The notes under the pieces were generated by a model that searched no databases, had not been told where the DNA came from, and saw only the letters and a program-made list of their open reading frames with translations. Both the position numbers and the translations under genes were made by a program. From NCBI GenBank assembly GCA_965637545.1, contig OZ281497.1:13516001-13580000 (forward strand): a DNA stretch of 64,000 bases, written 5' to 3'. This document shows positions 13,343 to 25,950 of this stretch, piece by piece; positions within the stretch are counted from its first letter, which is position 1; each line of letters starts with the position of its first letter. The stretch is from Phallusia mammillata. Its lineage: Eukaryota.

Positions 13343-14109
13343 GTTTAAGCGATTGCAGTACATGTCAAGACCAAGCATTAGCTTTTAGGCGCTTACATTA
13401 CTCCACAAACGCTCTAGCCTAGCGCATCAATGATACTTGTATAGTATCATTGAGCGCATCGGTAAAAATTGGAATTTTGGGTTTTCAAAAACTCCAAAGG
13501 TTGACGTTTGTAGCAGACCACGCAGACAAAATGCTTTTTTTCACACCGATTACACGATGTACTTTGGAACGCTGCATTAAAGCAGCGTTTTCAGCTAATA
13601 TAAATAATAAACGCAAATAGTCATAAGCGAACATTTCACACGGATCGTACCCGGCATTTTTGCACGCTGCATTAAAGCAGCGCTTGCAGCTAAATGAAGA
13701 ACAAACGTAAAATAATTTATAAAACGGATGTTTCACACATTTTCAGGTATATGTTTTGCTTGTATGGGTAAAGTCATATTCTATTTTCGGAACATTTTGA
13801 CTTGTATTTCGCAGTTATACATGTCCGGTACCACTGACGCTTATGTGCCTGTTTTCGAGAAGATTCTGGCAACTAAAAAAGGCTAATGTGGACTTTGCCC
13901 AGTAAAAGTAACATTAACAAACGTAATTGTGTGCGAGAGAAGAAGTTTACTGTTGCATTGTGGGATTATAAAAAGCGCTGTTTTCCGCCTTGAAATCAAA
14001 AAGGTTTGGAATTGTGAAACGATAAATGTTGTGTAACTATACTCAGAATAAAATAGTGAATTAAGGGATAACCTTGCATTATGTTTCAGCTGAATTAAAA
14101 CATAGGATG

Positions 14110-14750
14110 GCTCAAGTTAATGCTGCAGTGCAATTAAGAAGAACAGCAAGAATTTCTGCAAGATCTAAACTATTTCGTGTTCTACGAGTCATCGCTGACA
14201 GCAGCACTCAAACCGATCCGATAGCAGCGGCCAGTTCAAGTCGGCCAGGACCGTTGTCTGAAGTTGTTCGCAGAGAAATCGGTCGCTGGCGTTCCTTGAC
14301 GCTTGCACGCTCACCTTCGCGTGGGACAACGACGAACAGAGTTTTGACGAATACTATTTGAAGTGTTCACTGAATAACGCAATTGGTGTAGACGAGTTTC
14401 TCAAAGCAACTTCACACGACCTGATTCGAGTAGTGCGCGAACGATTCCAGAGAAGTAGTTTACAAGAATACGATTCTGAGCACCAACTTGGACCACCTGC
14501 AAGGAAGAGACGAAGTGTTGATCGCGAGGAAGGCTCTACGTTTCCACCAGAGAGTTGATCGTCGCCATCTGGGTTGAATCACGTTGTGTCAAGCAGCGCC
14601 CACTATCGGCTTTTGGGCTCCACAACCAGGTGAACCACCAATCGTCATAGACCTGGACACCCCTTGCGCCCGTTCGAAGGACTATTCCCGATACAGAGGA
14701 GGAGACAGCGCCACACGTTCTTGTTCACGCTGTTTAATGAGTGTTAGTTA
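14110..14750 (+). pseudogene. Degenerate coding-like segment (frameshifts/stops), possibly TE-derived
   Basis: GC-richer island with three consecutive open stretches in different frames containing DSSTQTDP, PARKRR and IVIDLDTP; cut at the 3' end by a MITE. No family recognised. Confidence 0.35.
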
Positions 14751-14919
14751 CAGTGGTGGGGTTCAGTCGGTTCGCACCGGTTCTACAGAACCGTCTTACG
14801 AAATTATGAGATCAGCGAACCGGTTAGCATTACTGGTGACTGTCAATTGGATTTTTTGTAACAGAACCGGCTAGTTTTGTCGTAGAACCGGCTGACAAAA
14901 AATTTGAATTCCACCACTG
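14751..14919. mobile_element. hAT MITE, CAGTGGTGGG family (copy 1 of 3)
   Basis: TIR CAGTGGTGGG / TCCACCACTG; TSD GTTAGTTA / GTTAGTTT; internal AGAACCGGCT repeats shared with 28633 and 59680. Confidence 0.85.
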
Positions 14920-15003
14920 GTTAGTTTAAAAAACTTTTTAGGACTTGCCTTGACTCGAACCCCTAATGACTTGACTTGAGACTCGAACATCATTTCACTA
15001 GGA

Positions 15004-16793
15004 CAGGGCTACTCAAATGGCGGACCAGGGTCCATATCTGGACCTTTGGGGCGTTGGATGTGCACCTCGACGGTCTTTTGATTGCGGCAAAATACACTCT
15101 ATTGTGTGTTAATTTCTTGATTGTTGCTATGTGAGAGACAGTTCACTTGAGTAGGCAGAGCGATTCTCGGAGTACTGCGAGGAGTCTTAAGTATTTCCAA
15201 AATCTTTAAAGGTCAGATTGTGCAACTTTGTGACGACAAAATGCTCCATAATTATTTCACCACACTGTTAACGAAACGGCGATTGTTTGCTCACAATTGT
15301 ATCTATGACGTAATAAACTGAATTTTGAATCATTACCTTACATCAGGGGTGTCCAACACGTGGCACGCGTGCCAAAAGTGGCACGCAGAGCATTTGAAAA
15401 TGGCACGCGAGCTTTTGCACATTTAGATGAGATGGTAAACCTTAGGATTTATCACGCAATTAAATTTGTTTCTATTGATTCTTCTTGGCCTTTATTCTAA
15501 CTTATGTAAAGATTACCATTAGTAAAGTTACACAACCCACTAAGTAAATTGTTCGTTTTTTTGACAAAATTTAAAGCCTCCTTGCCATAGGCGTAGAGTT
15601 TTAAAAAATGCCTGGGGTGCGACTTTTGATCAATAGCGCCGATACCTATACCATGTGCAGTATACATGTACCCGTACGATACTTCGGCGGTATGCGACTA
15701 TATACCAATACCTTTTCTGTGTTTTAGCCTGTAGTTTCTGTCACATTATAGGTAGTCACTTGACACATTTCTTGGTTGGGACGTTTGCTGTGCGTCTAAT
15801 AACGTATGCACATACCGAAAGGACGATTTGCCGAGTCAGTAATTTTAACAACGATTTAGTTTTTAAAGAACTTGTTACGCAGGAAATAAAAGTAAAACCA
15901 ATTCACGTTTCAAACATAGCTGATCGTGTATTGTTGACGCCCAAACTTAGGTCATCTTGAATTAAGTTTGTGTCGTTGCAGTGCTTTGCAAACGGACATT
16001 AAACACGGCTTAGGAATCGGTAATGCAAACCTACATAACAACATCTAAAAGCGGGTATAAACCCCTTGCATTGTTTAATGTTGGCCCATGGACTTCATTA
16101 ACGAAAAAAATATAATTATTTTTATTTCAGAAAGTTATTGCGCCACATAACACTAAAACGTTAGTGAGCGTGCCGTTTAGCCTATGTTGCGTTTCAACCG
16201 ATGTCTGTTCAGTTAATTACGTCTTGTTTTCAGTTGGAAATACATTTTACAACCGACGTAACTTCAACAAAAATAAGTTTTTGACGTTACACAAAGTACT
16301 CCAGTGCCCCTTGCAAACTATTTGTATCTTGTGTCGCATAAACAGAATAAAATGTTTCTGGAGTATAATAAATAAGTTTACTGGCACTTGACGACATTTT
16401 TTTCTAACCATTTAATAGGGTTCTACATATTGGCCAAATATTCGGATTGAGCCCGTGCCGTTAAGACGTTTAAGACATGGTTTGGAAAAAGTACCAAAGG
16501 TTGGCACGCGAGTATATTTTGAAACCACTAGATAAACTGTATTTTGTATGTCGTTGTGCCAATACTCTCGCGAGGAGTAATTAATGTTTATAGTGCCCAA
16601 TTCAAGCTTTTGTTTTGCTGTCGGAAACATTCGGCTTGAACAAATGCGTTCATCTTGGAGAACGAATTTCCCCAATACCTACAACCAAACTAGGCGAAGA
16701 CATGTTGCATTTGCATTGCTGATAGAAGTGTTCGGACCTTCGGTATTTTTACCTTTTTTCTGGACCTTTCACAAAACTAATTGAGTAGCCCTG
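15004..16793. mobile_element. Composite hAT-type element containing nested MITE insertions
   Basis: TIR CAGGGCTACTCAA / TTGAGTAGCCCTG. Inside are a CAGGGGTGTCCAAC terminus at 15344 and a CATAGGCGTAGAG element from ~15586 homologous to 52077-52742. Confidence 0.7.
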
Positions 16794-16885
16794 GACTAGA
16801 GACTCGGACAACTGTTGACTTGACTTGGGACTCGAACCCCTAATGACTTGACTTGAGACTCAATAAGACTCGGTATCCAAGTCCA
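16794..16885. repeat. GACTTGACTTGAGACTCGA-type repeat fragment
   Basis: The 33-mer GACTCGAACCCCTAATGACTTGACTTGAGACTC is identical at 14952-14984 and 16829-16861; a related fragment lies near 12870-12940. Confidence 0.7.
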
Positions 16886-17335
16886 ACCCTGAGGCGAAGT
16901 ACATGCGTGGCACCACAAAAATATTATCAACCTTTTAAGATGTTTGTTGCGGCGTCTTGTCACCGGCGCACGCCTGAATGAACGCCCAGTCGCCGACCGT
17001 GCGATGCGATCATCGATTACTTTATGCTGCAACTCTGCAGGTGGTTGTGTTTTAGGAAACAAAACTCGGAAGAAATATTAATAATTCGAGAAATAGGATT
17101 TTCTGAGAATGTTTTGCAGTTATAAAAAAATTATCAAGATTACCATTGTTTTTTTGTTATAGGTCATTTGCTTATGTAAATAAAGACATGTATATTTCCA
17201 AATTCCAAGTAAACATTTGTGATAACAAGTAATGGGTTATAATGCAGATCCCAAATTTCTTGTTTTTTGTTGTTTAGAATGATTATTTTTCTGGTGGTGA
17301 GAAACAACTGCCTATAGTTTTTGAAGTTTTGCGCA

Positions 17336-19967
17336 ATGACGGACGAAAGTTTAACATCAAGCCCAACGAAGAGGGTGCTTGCTGCCTTGTTTTATGCATT
17401 TTCATCGGTTTTGATTGTAATGGCCAACAAAAGTGTACTGACAAACTATGGGTAAGAAGCAAATGAATTATGTAGGCATTAAAATATGTGCCTAAAGAAA
17501 ACGTCCGTGCCAAATTGAATTACACCAGTAGTTTGTGTAACACTTTAAATCAGAAAAACAATGAAGCATGAAATCAACACTAAAAACAGAGAAGAAAATT
17601 TGTACATTTCTAAATGAAATCCTGTTTGTCTTCAATTAATTTTTCTATTTATTAAGAAATAGACAAAATATCCGTTTGAACATTTTTCCCTTACCATCAG
17701 GTTTTTAATGTTGGTTTTTGGCATTTTCTCCTTTGTGTCACTACAAGAGTTGTGGTGTTTTTTTGGCATCACTTACCGACTAGCTCACATTTATATAATT
17801 TCAGTGATTTGCACATAAAGTTTGTTAATGCTGCATTATTTTTTGTTAGGTTTCCTTCTGCTCAATTTCTTGGTGTTGGGCAAATGGTAGCAGCAGTGAT
17901 AATTATGCAAATCCTAAAAGTTGGTGGATTTGTATCATTCCCAGACATGAGTAGCACAATCCCAAGAAAAGTAAGTTAATAACAAATGATTTTTATTAAA
18001 TAAAAAATACACATTTATTTAAACATGAACTTGTAAATGTTTTTTTACAAAACAACTTATGGCTTTCTGTAAAATAATTTATTTGCGAATTTTTGGAAAT
18101 AATGATTTATTTTCAGATTTTTCCTTTGCCTTTACTATACCTAGGCAACCTAGTATTTGGGTTAGGTGGAACTAAAAAGCTTAGCCTGCCAATGTTTACT
18201 GTGTTGAGAAGATTTAGCATTTTGATGACTATGTTATTGGAAATATATATTTTTAAGTAAGTAGTCAAAAGTGTTTGCCAATTATAACATGTTGTATTAA
18301 AAATTATCATATATTTTTTACTTTTGAAGGAAGGCTCCATCCAAGCTTATTGTAGTCTCAATTTTAACCATGACTGCGGGGTCTGTTATTGCTGCTAGGT
18401 ATGTATAGGGAGATTTGAAAACACAGCTTGTTTATGAAAAATTATATCTTTTTTAGCAATGACTTGGCATTTGAGCTTGTTGGGTATGTTCTTATTCTCG
18501 CAAATGATGTATGTACTGCTGCAAATAATGTTTTCACAAAAAAACACCTAAATGCAAATGTAAGTGTTGTCTACCCTAACTGAATTTTTCAGTGACACTG
18601 AATGCTATCATGTTCTCAATTTTTAGGAATTGGGAAAGTATGGCATTCTGTATTACAATTGTTTGTTTATGATCATTCCTGGAATGGTTCTTTGTGCTTC
18701 GACGGGTGATGTGGAGAGAGTGAAAAATTTTGAGCAATGGAATGACATGAGCTTTTTATTCCAATTTTTTGTTTCTAGTGTAATGGGGTAAGTATCCTCA
18801 GGATTTTCTTTATTTAGTGGTTTCCAAATAACAAGTGGTAAATTTAGCATGCTTTTGTAAAAAATACAAATATACGTAAACAAATTTTAAGTACAGTATA
18901 TGGAATTGGTGTTTAAAAAAAAACAAAGAGGTATTTTTTTGAAATCTGGTATATTACAATAAAATATAGATACCAGGATCCAGGTGTCCATATTTATTGT
19001 GTAGAATTTTTTTCATTGCACATATTAGTGAAAATGGATCCCATATCTTATACCAGTGGTCTTCAACCTGTTGGTCGCGACCCAAAGTGGGTCGCCTAAA
19101 CTTTTTCTGGGGTAGCTATAGCCTATAAATTCAATTTATTGCCATTTATTACCAAAAAATGATACGTTTTTGTTCTGGTTCACAACCTTTGCTCATGTTT
19201 TGCAGTATAGCTTGGTAGGCCGCGTCACAATCTAGTCATTGTGATGCAATAATCTATATAAAACACAAGTTGTCCTACCCATAGTTACACGATAGAGCCC
19301 CATGAATGACACATTGTGTCCAAAATAATACAGCGGGTACAAGAAAAATTGCATAAATTTCCTGATTTCTGCAAACTGGTGAGCTTTACCGCAAATTAGA
19401 TAGGCCAAATTAAATGAAACTTTCAGGTTCTAACATTTGAGCGTAATAATGTGCACTGAATGCTAATATTTAGAAAAAAACCTTAGTGGGCATATTTACA
19501 TAAAAATAGTTTCAGTTTTGGCATTACTTAAAACAATTTTCTCCCTATCGGAAAAAATGGGGTCGCATGTAAATAATTTAATCTTCTTTTAAATTTGGGT
19601 CGTTTTTAAAAAAGGTTGAAGACCACTGTCTTATACTATACATTTATTTGCAGGGTTGTCCTTATGTATTCTGTAACTATGTGCACTGCTTATAATTCTG
19701 CACTTACGACCACTGTGGTAGGTTGTTTAAAAAACATTTCTGTCACATATGTCGGAATGGTGTTTGGTGGTGATTACATCTTTTCTTGGCCAAATTTTGT
19801 TGGTATAACAATAAGGTATGTTTTGTGGTTACTCATTTTGTGTTTTGTATCGCTACTAAATTTGGTGTGTTTTTAGTGTTCTGGCAAGCCTGGTTTATTC
19901 TGCAGCAGTGTTTATCAACAAAAAACCTACTTCACAAAAAGGTAATGAAGCCAGCACAAAAGTATGA
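17336..19967 (+). CDS. SLC35D1: SLC35D1/D2-like UDP-sugar transporter (fringe connection family)
   Basis: Exons 17336-17451, 17850-17970, 18117-18256, 18330-18398, 18457-18559, 18627-18787, 19654-19815, 19877-19967. Motifs [73 protein letters not shown]. Confidence 0.9.
19054..19628. mobile_element. hAT-type MITE, 575 bp, in an SLC35D intron
   Basis: TIR CAGTGGTCTTCAACC / GGTTGAAGACCACTG; perfect TSD TCTTATAC. Confidence 0.92.
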
Positions 19968-21710
19968 TGGCACATATCACAGTATTTGACTTTAGTCTTT
20001 GTAGCTGGTGCTAGTGACCTCAAATATTTCATTCTTTTATGCTCAAATGCACTTTTTACTTTATATGTTTGGCATCAAGGGGGATCCTGATTTTGTTACC
20101 TTGGTAGAATTGGTTCACCAGTACTGTTAACTTCATGCACCATATGCTTTGCTTAGTGGTAGAAGTATTACACACAATATACTTGTTCACTCCACTATCC
20201 AGAGTGCAAAACATTGAAATAATTAAAAAGAATGTGAAAAAGTAACAAACAGTGGACGACATTTCTATCACCAGCCATAACACTGTTTTCAAGTAAAATT
20301 GCTGCCTTTTGCTTATTTTTATGGCTATTGGAACATTTTTTGCCAAAGACTTTGTATGCAGTTATTTTAATATTATAATTGTTTTGTACCATTGCACTAT
20401 TTAGTTGTTCATAATGTCTGAAAAGAAATTGTAGGAACGCAGTATTTATTATTTGTATTATTTATCACTGTAGTTTGTTTACAATAAACAACATTTTAAT
20501 TGTTAATTTGGACAGCAATATTAGCGTGAGGTTAGGAATCTGGTTAAAAAGAGCAAACTCCAATTTTGTAGGGATAAATGGCAACTTTGCTTCATGTGAA
20601 ATTTTCACACACAAAATATATATTTTTTATGTAAGAGCAAACTATTTCAAAGTTGATCACACAAAGTGAGTATTTGTGCTGAAAAACGTTGATATAGTAT
20701 AGTTACAAAATCAAAGGTAGTTTTAACCCGTTTTTTCTTTACAAAAGAAACTCGAATGCAACAAGATAGTGGCGTTTACTATGCTTCCATTTCTGTACAC
20801 ACCATTACTCATGTGGCCAAAAATTATGAATAGGTATGATTGTTTCCACAGGCACGGGACAATGTTCAGTAATTTGCCCCTAGATTAGTCAGGCTTACTA
20901 CTGTAAAGGTAAGTTCCATGTAGCTGCAGTTAACCAAGTTAAAGCCCTGACATAAATCCTAGCTTCAAGTTCACAAAGCTTTACGATATCTTTTAAAATT
21001 ACCTGCGTAGCAAAATATAAAATACACATTGCTACACCTGCATGCTCATTGCAATCCTGGCAGAAAATTTTGTCCCCCTCTTGCCCAAACGTGACGGCGC
21101 CCATGACCATCAGGTTTGAGAAATATGCTGGCATAGTAAATAAGAATATCTCCATGGTCCTACGTGATCAGTAAGAGGTTGAGAGCCATTATTGTATTGT
21201 AAACGATATATATACGGTACCATACGCTTTGAAATTACATACCTGTTTTGTTCTGTTCCCCTCTTACACATTATTTCAAGTATCGTAGTTTTATAGTTAT
21301 GACAAAATAGCACCGTTATTTGGTTCAGATAATTGTTTAAAACGACACTTCGAAAAGGCAAAATAAGTTTTTTAACCCAGTACAATATGTTGCGCTCATG
21401 GGATCAATAGCGCCATTCTCACTTTACTATTGCTAGTGCTTTTGCTTGCTGAGACTGAGAGCGCGGGAACGTTTTCATTTTGTTTTTTTTCTTTTGTAAG
21501 CTTTAGTTTAGTTACTTTAATGTGTATAGTAAAATGCAATGGTGAATTTTTGTGGTTGATTCTTAATCATAATTGCTGCAATTTTGAAACCTTGCCAGCG
21601 TTCTACTTGTTAGTTAAAAAGTTGCTTGTTTAAGTTTTATACATGTATGTTTAACATGTTTTCTTGTAGGAAAATCTGGACATTGAACTAGTTGTGGTAT
21701 TGTGTTTAAA

Positions 21711-23156
21711 ATGCCCAAGAAACCATCAAATCGCCCAGCACAGTACAATGCAGGGGACCTAATTTTTGCAAAAATGAAGGGTTACCCACATTGGCCTGCT
21801 CGCATTGATGATCTTCCGGAAGGTGCCGTGAAACCTCCATCCAAAAAATACCCAATTTTCTTTTTTGGTACTCACGAAACTGGATTTTTGGCAGCAACTG
21901 AAATCTACCCTTATGAGGAATACAAAAAAAAGTTTGGCCAGCCTCGTCAAAGACCTTTTTACAATGCAGGATTATGGGAAATTGAAAATGATCCAACAGT
22001 GATGTTCAGAGGCCGAGGATCTAATTTAGAAGAGCAAGGGGAGGAGGCTGGTAGTGATGCTATATCAGATGAAGAGCCACAAAATCAGAAGTCAATAAAT
22101 GACCCACCTGCCCCAGTTTCTGAGTCTGACAGCAGCCCTGCTGAAGAAGACTATGATGAAGAAAGTTCACCTGAAGTGGATACAAGTGATGATGATGACT
22201 TTACAGTAAAAAAAGATGGCGCAAAGGCATCTGGTGGTAGTAAAAGTGCAAAGAGTTCTTCAGAAAATGATTCTTCTCATGAAGTTGAACAACCACCGAA
22301 GAAAAAGAGAAAAAAGTCTGTGCAAGAATCGCAGAAATCCAATGAAAAAAAACCACGAACACAGAAAAAGAAGCAAGATTCAAAGCCAATGTCTGACTCA
22401 AGTGACTTAAGCAGTTCTGATAGTGAGACAGAAGATGTTGTATCATCATGGAAACGAAAAGATGCAGAGAGAAAAGAAAAGCAAAAATTAGAGGCTGAAA
22501 AACGGTTGGAAGAAGAAACAAAAAAGATGAAAGCCATTGAAAAGGAGGTAGATCGGCAACAAAAGGACATTTCTCAACAACAAACTAAAAATGAAAAGAA
22601 AAAATCAAAGAGTGATTCCACAAAACACAAGGAAAGAAAGAAATCAAAAGATGACCGCAAACGAAAATCTGAAGTTAAACCTGAACACAAGCCCAAAAAA
22701 AAGGAGACCAAAAAAGTGACGAAAATCAGGCAAATGGAAATAGAAAGTGACGACGAAAGCCCTAAAATTGCTACCAAACAAAGTAAGTCACGTAAACCTT
22801 CAGCTGAAAAAGCAACTACAGGGCCTAATTTACTGCCACAACAGGAGCTGGAAATGTATGAAAAAGTTTTGAAATCTGCATTGACTGTTGAAAATCCCGA
22901 CATTGATAAAGCTCTCTCAGTACTAGACCTTATCGAACAGGTTCAAATCACTGCAGACCTTTTGAAGAAATGCCAATCATTAGTTACAACAGTAAAAAAG
23001 ATTCGCAGATACAGAGCCAGTCAAAAAATCATGGATAAATCTGACAAGGTGTACAACAGGTTTAAGATTATTTTCACTGGTTTGGAAAATGGTGCTGCAG
23101 TTACAGCGGCTGCTGTCACAAAAACTGTCAAGGAAAAAGAACCATCGGATACCTGA
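21711..23156 (+). CDS. HDGFL2: HDGF-related protein 2 / LEDGF-like (PWWP + integrase-binding domain), single coding exon, 481 aa
   Basis: Uninterrupted ORF: [19 protein letters not shown]...[14 protein letters not shown] (HATH/PWWP), acidic/basic middle, C-terminal [20 protein letters not shown]...[24 protein letters not shown] (IBD). Putative 5'UTR intron 21496-21669. HDGFL2 versus PSIP1 orthology cannot be resolved by eye. Confidence 0.9.
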   Translation: MPKKPSNRPAQYNAGDLIFAKMKGYPHWPARIDDLPEGAVKPPSKKYPIFFFGTHETGFLAATEIYPYEEYKKKFGQPRQRPFYNAGLWEIENDPTVMFRGRGSNLEEQGEEAGSDAISDEEPQNQKSINDPPAPVSESDSSPAEEDYDEESSPEVDTSDDDDFTVKKDGAKASGGSKSAKSSSENDSSHEVEQPPKKKRKKSVQESQKSNEKKPRTQKKKQDSKPMSDSSDLSSSDSETEDVVSSWKRKDAERKEKQKLEAEKRLEEETKKMKAIEKEVDRQQKDISQQQTKNEKKKSKSDSTKHKERKKSKDDRKRKSEVKPEHKPKKKETKKVTKIRQMEIESDDESPKIATKQSKSRKPSAEKATTGPNLLPQQELEMYEKVLKSALTVENPDIDKALSVLDLIEQVQITADLLKKCQSLVTTVKKIRRYRASQKIMDKSDKVYNRFKIIFTGLENGAAVTAAAVTKTVKEKEPSDT

Positions 23157-24192
23157 TAGTACATTGCTTTGGGATGTGCCCAAAGAGTACGATTTTATAG
23201 CAAGAAACTGCTTGTCTTTCTTCATACTTCACAGATTGTTTTAAACCCAGTTGTTTAAACCAGAAAGTTTGTGTTAAAAGGTGTTTCGGTTGGAAGTTAC
23301 TTGTACATAACAGACTGCATACGTTTTTGGCCAAAACATACCAAGTCCCATTCATGGTGAGATAAGTGTAAATAGAACAACTGCTAAAACCATTACCAGT
23401 TGTCTAAAAACTGTAAAATTGGGCGCTGTCTGTTATGCCAGATTATCAAACGTTTTCAAATTCTGGCTGTATACTATTTGTACATACTTTGTTTTGTCTT
23501 GAATTGAATTTTAGACAAATTTGGTTGAAACTTGTTTTTTTCTGAAGTTATAGCAGTGGTTCTTAATTTCTGCATAGCAACCAAAAAAGTATCATTTGGA
23601 GACTGCTTTTTAAAACTAGGTTTAAAGATAGTTTCCTAAAACAAATTTATGATCAGCAGCACTTAGGTGCATAGCAACTATTTTATCATGCCAGATATCA
23701 ATACAAAAAGTCCATGACCCAGTTCCAATTTTTTCCTTTATGTGCAGTTTGTGCAGTGCCAAACTTATTTGGGTTACTGGAATTAAGAATGACACGGAAA
23801 TAGCTTGCGTTATGGTGGTGATGTAACAGTACAAATGCTCTAGCTTTCCCCAGCTGAAAAGAAATTACTTAATCGCTCATCTGCGATCACAGGGAAGCTA
23901 TTACTTCGTTTGTAGCTTACTGAAATAGGTAATATTACTCTCTAAAAAGTCAGCGTAAAACTCATTGCACAAGGAGACAGTCACATTTTATAATGTGAAA
24001 CCGTGCAATCAGTTACTCCTGTTTTAAAATAGATACGGAACGCACACGCCGAGTATATGTTTTAGATTTAGACGCTGTCTTTAAAATAACGGAGAATGAA
24101 AAGGCAGGAGAAAAGCTTCAATTTTTTACGTTAAAGTCTACACTTAAAAAGAAAATGTTTAGTAATTGTTTACCGAAGACGTTCGTTTAAAA

Positions 24193-24564
24193 CAGTGGTT
24201 GTCAAACTTTGCCATTATTGCGAGGGCTCGCGGTCCTTGAGCCTAAATGTTTATTAGAGAAAAACGAAAGTTGATTGCAGGATTTTAGCCAGTTATGCAA
24301 AAGTGCGCATAACAATGATCCAAAGACAGCATGTGACATCACAAACAAAACAAACATTACGATTGTGCGCGAACAATTGCATGTTTGTTAGTTGTTATGC
24401 AATAAAGGCTATTGTTTAGCAATCGAAACAATCGATTCTCAATTCTACTTTGATTTAAACTTATTCAGTGGCACAAACTGACGCCAAATAAGATAATAGA
24501 AATACTTCAAACTTTTCGCGGTGCCCCCAAAATTGCCTCACGGACCCCAGTTTGAGAACCGCTG
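24193..24564. mobile_element. hAT-type MITE, 372 bp
   Basis: Termini CAGTGGTTGTCAAAC / GTTTGAGAACCGCTG; perfect TSD GTTTAAAA. Confidence 0.85.
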
Positions 24565-25294
24565 GTTTAAAATAACCCCGTATCCTACCGGAAAGTCACT
24601 CATCAAAAACTACCGGCGAAAGCTTTCACAAAAGTTAAGTTACTTACTAATAACAACGCGAGGTAATTTGCACAACGTTACAATAAAGCTCACTTTCAGG
24701 TTCAGTCACACAATTGCTTCTTCTCTTTTTTATAGCCTGGAATAAAATGATGTTTTTTTTATGAACAAAAAATAGCGAGTATGTAGGTGTAGTTTTTCAT
24801 ATGTGCTCCCAGAAAAACACAACGCATATAAAGCCTACATTTCATAACAAGCCAACATCCCGACTTATTGCACATTTTGTTACAAATCTATGCAATTATC
24901 CAGATAATGTAATTATGCTGTGCGACAAACCGGACCATTTATTTTCGGTTTTGGATTTACGATCCCCATTCTTGTAGCCGTGCCTTGAATAACACTCTTT
25001 TGCTGGATACGTGGCTTTAAAAACCGCTCGTGACTAAATGACTAAATTCTGGCATTTCTTTACAACAATAAACAAGGTCAGACAAAACAAAACGGCGATT
25101 CGTGGATTGTGTACGACAGGTCTGTCTTCGTTTCGTTTTCTAACTCATCGTCCCAAGAAAAGAACTCGGCCAAGTAAACTTCTTTGTCTACCTTATTCAA
25201 GAGTTCAAGGCTGCTGACAGAAAGCATAAATGTAACAACATCGTCAGGTTAAGAAGACTTGTAAAAAGTACAGAGGAAAACAGTACAGAAGAGG

Positions 25295-25310
25295 TTTGTG
25301 ACGTCACAAA
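25295..25310. promoter_or_regulatory. 16-bp perfect palindrome with CRE/ATF core upstream of KAT14
   Basis: TTTGTGACGTCACAAA, ~640 bp upstream of the KAT14 ATG; function inferred only. Confidence 0.4.
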
Positions 25311-25950
25311 GATGTTCAGCATACCTGTTGTTAATTTATGATAAATGTTCACTAAAACAAAAAAAATACTTTATCCAAAGCTGAGTCATTTTTGTCCACA
25401 TACTTTATATATTTGTGCATGAACTTAAACCATGCATAAAAAGTAGGTGGTTTCAAACACGCAGTCATGCGTAACGAAATGACACCAATTTATATTTTCA
25501 ATTTCGACATAATGATTGGATGGCTGTTTTGTTTGTGAAATATTGTGGCTTACCGAGTAAACAGTGCGATGTTTTTACAGGCTTGCCTGAAAACGGCTGC
25601 TGGATTTACGCGTTACATTGGTTGTTCGAAAACGACAATCTAATTTATGTCGATGCCTTGAGGCTTGTGCTAACTGCTAATACAAACAAAAAGAAGTGAC
25701 GTTCGTTAGAAATTACCTTTGATTCTGAAGTCTGAAACCAAATGCTCTGAACTCTGTTCTAATATAATTTCGTGCTTTTGGCTCAATAGTTTGCTGATTC
25801 ATCTTTGTGCCATGACACAGATTATGTGGTTGGGATTGCTTTTTGTTTTTATTCCCACTCCACAACATTTTGCCTTCAATACAAATATGAAATCTGTTTT
25901 AGCAGCTGTTGTTCTCTCTTCTTTTGGAACTCTTCTTTTGTAAAACATAG

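Noticed and set aside
22201-23225. Multiple antisense ORFs over HDGFL2 (and likewise over TSG101 and the GPCR last exon)
   Set aside because: Shadow ORFs of biased coding sequence with no independent signal.
23622-23853. Minus-strand LHIKEKIGTGSWTFCIDIWHDKIVAM resembling a kinase Gly-rich loop
   Set aside because: Lacks the third Gly and the VAIK lysine, stops 15 codons later, and no other kinase subdomains are nearby.
25080-25340. 50-65-codon open frames on both strands upstream of KAT14
   Set aside because: Could not be joined to any gene and show no recognisable homology; probably promoter/UTR sequence.
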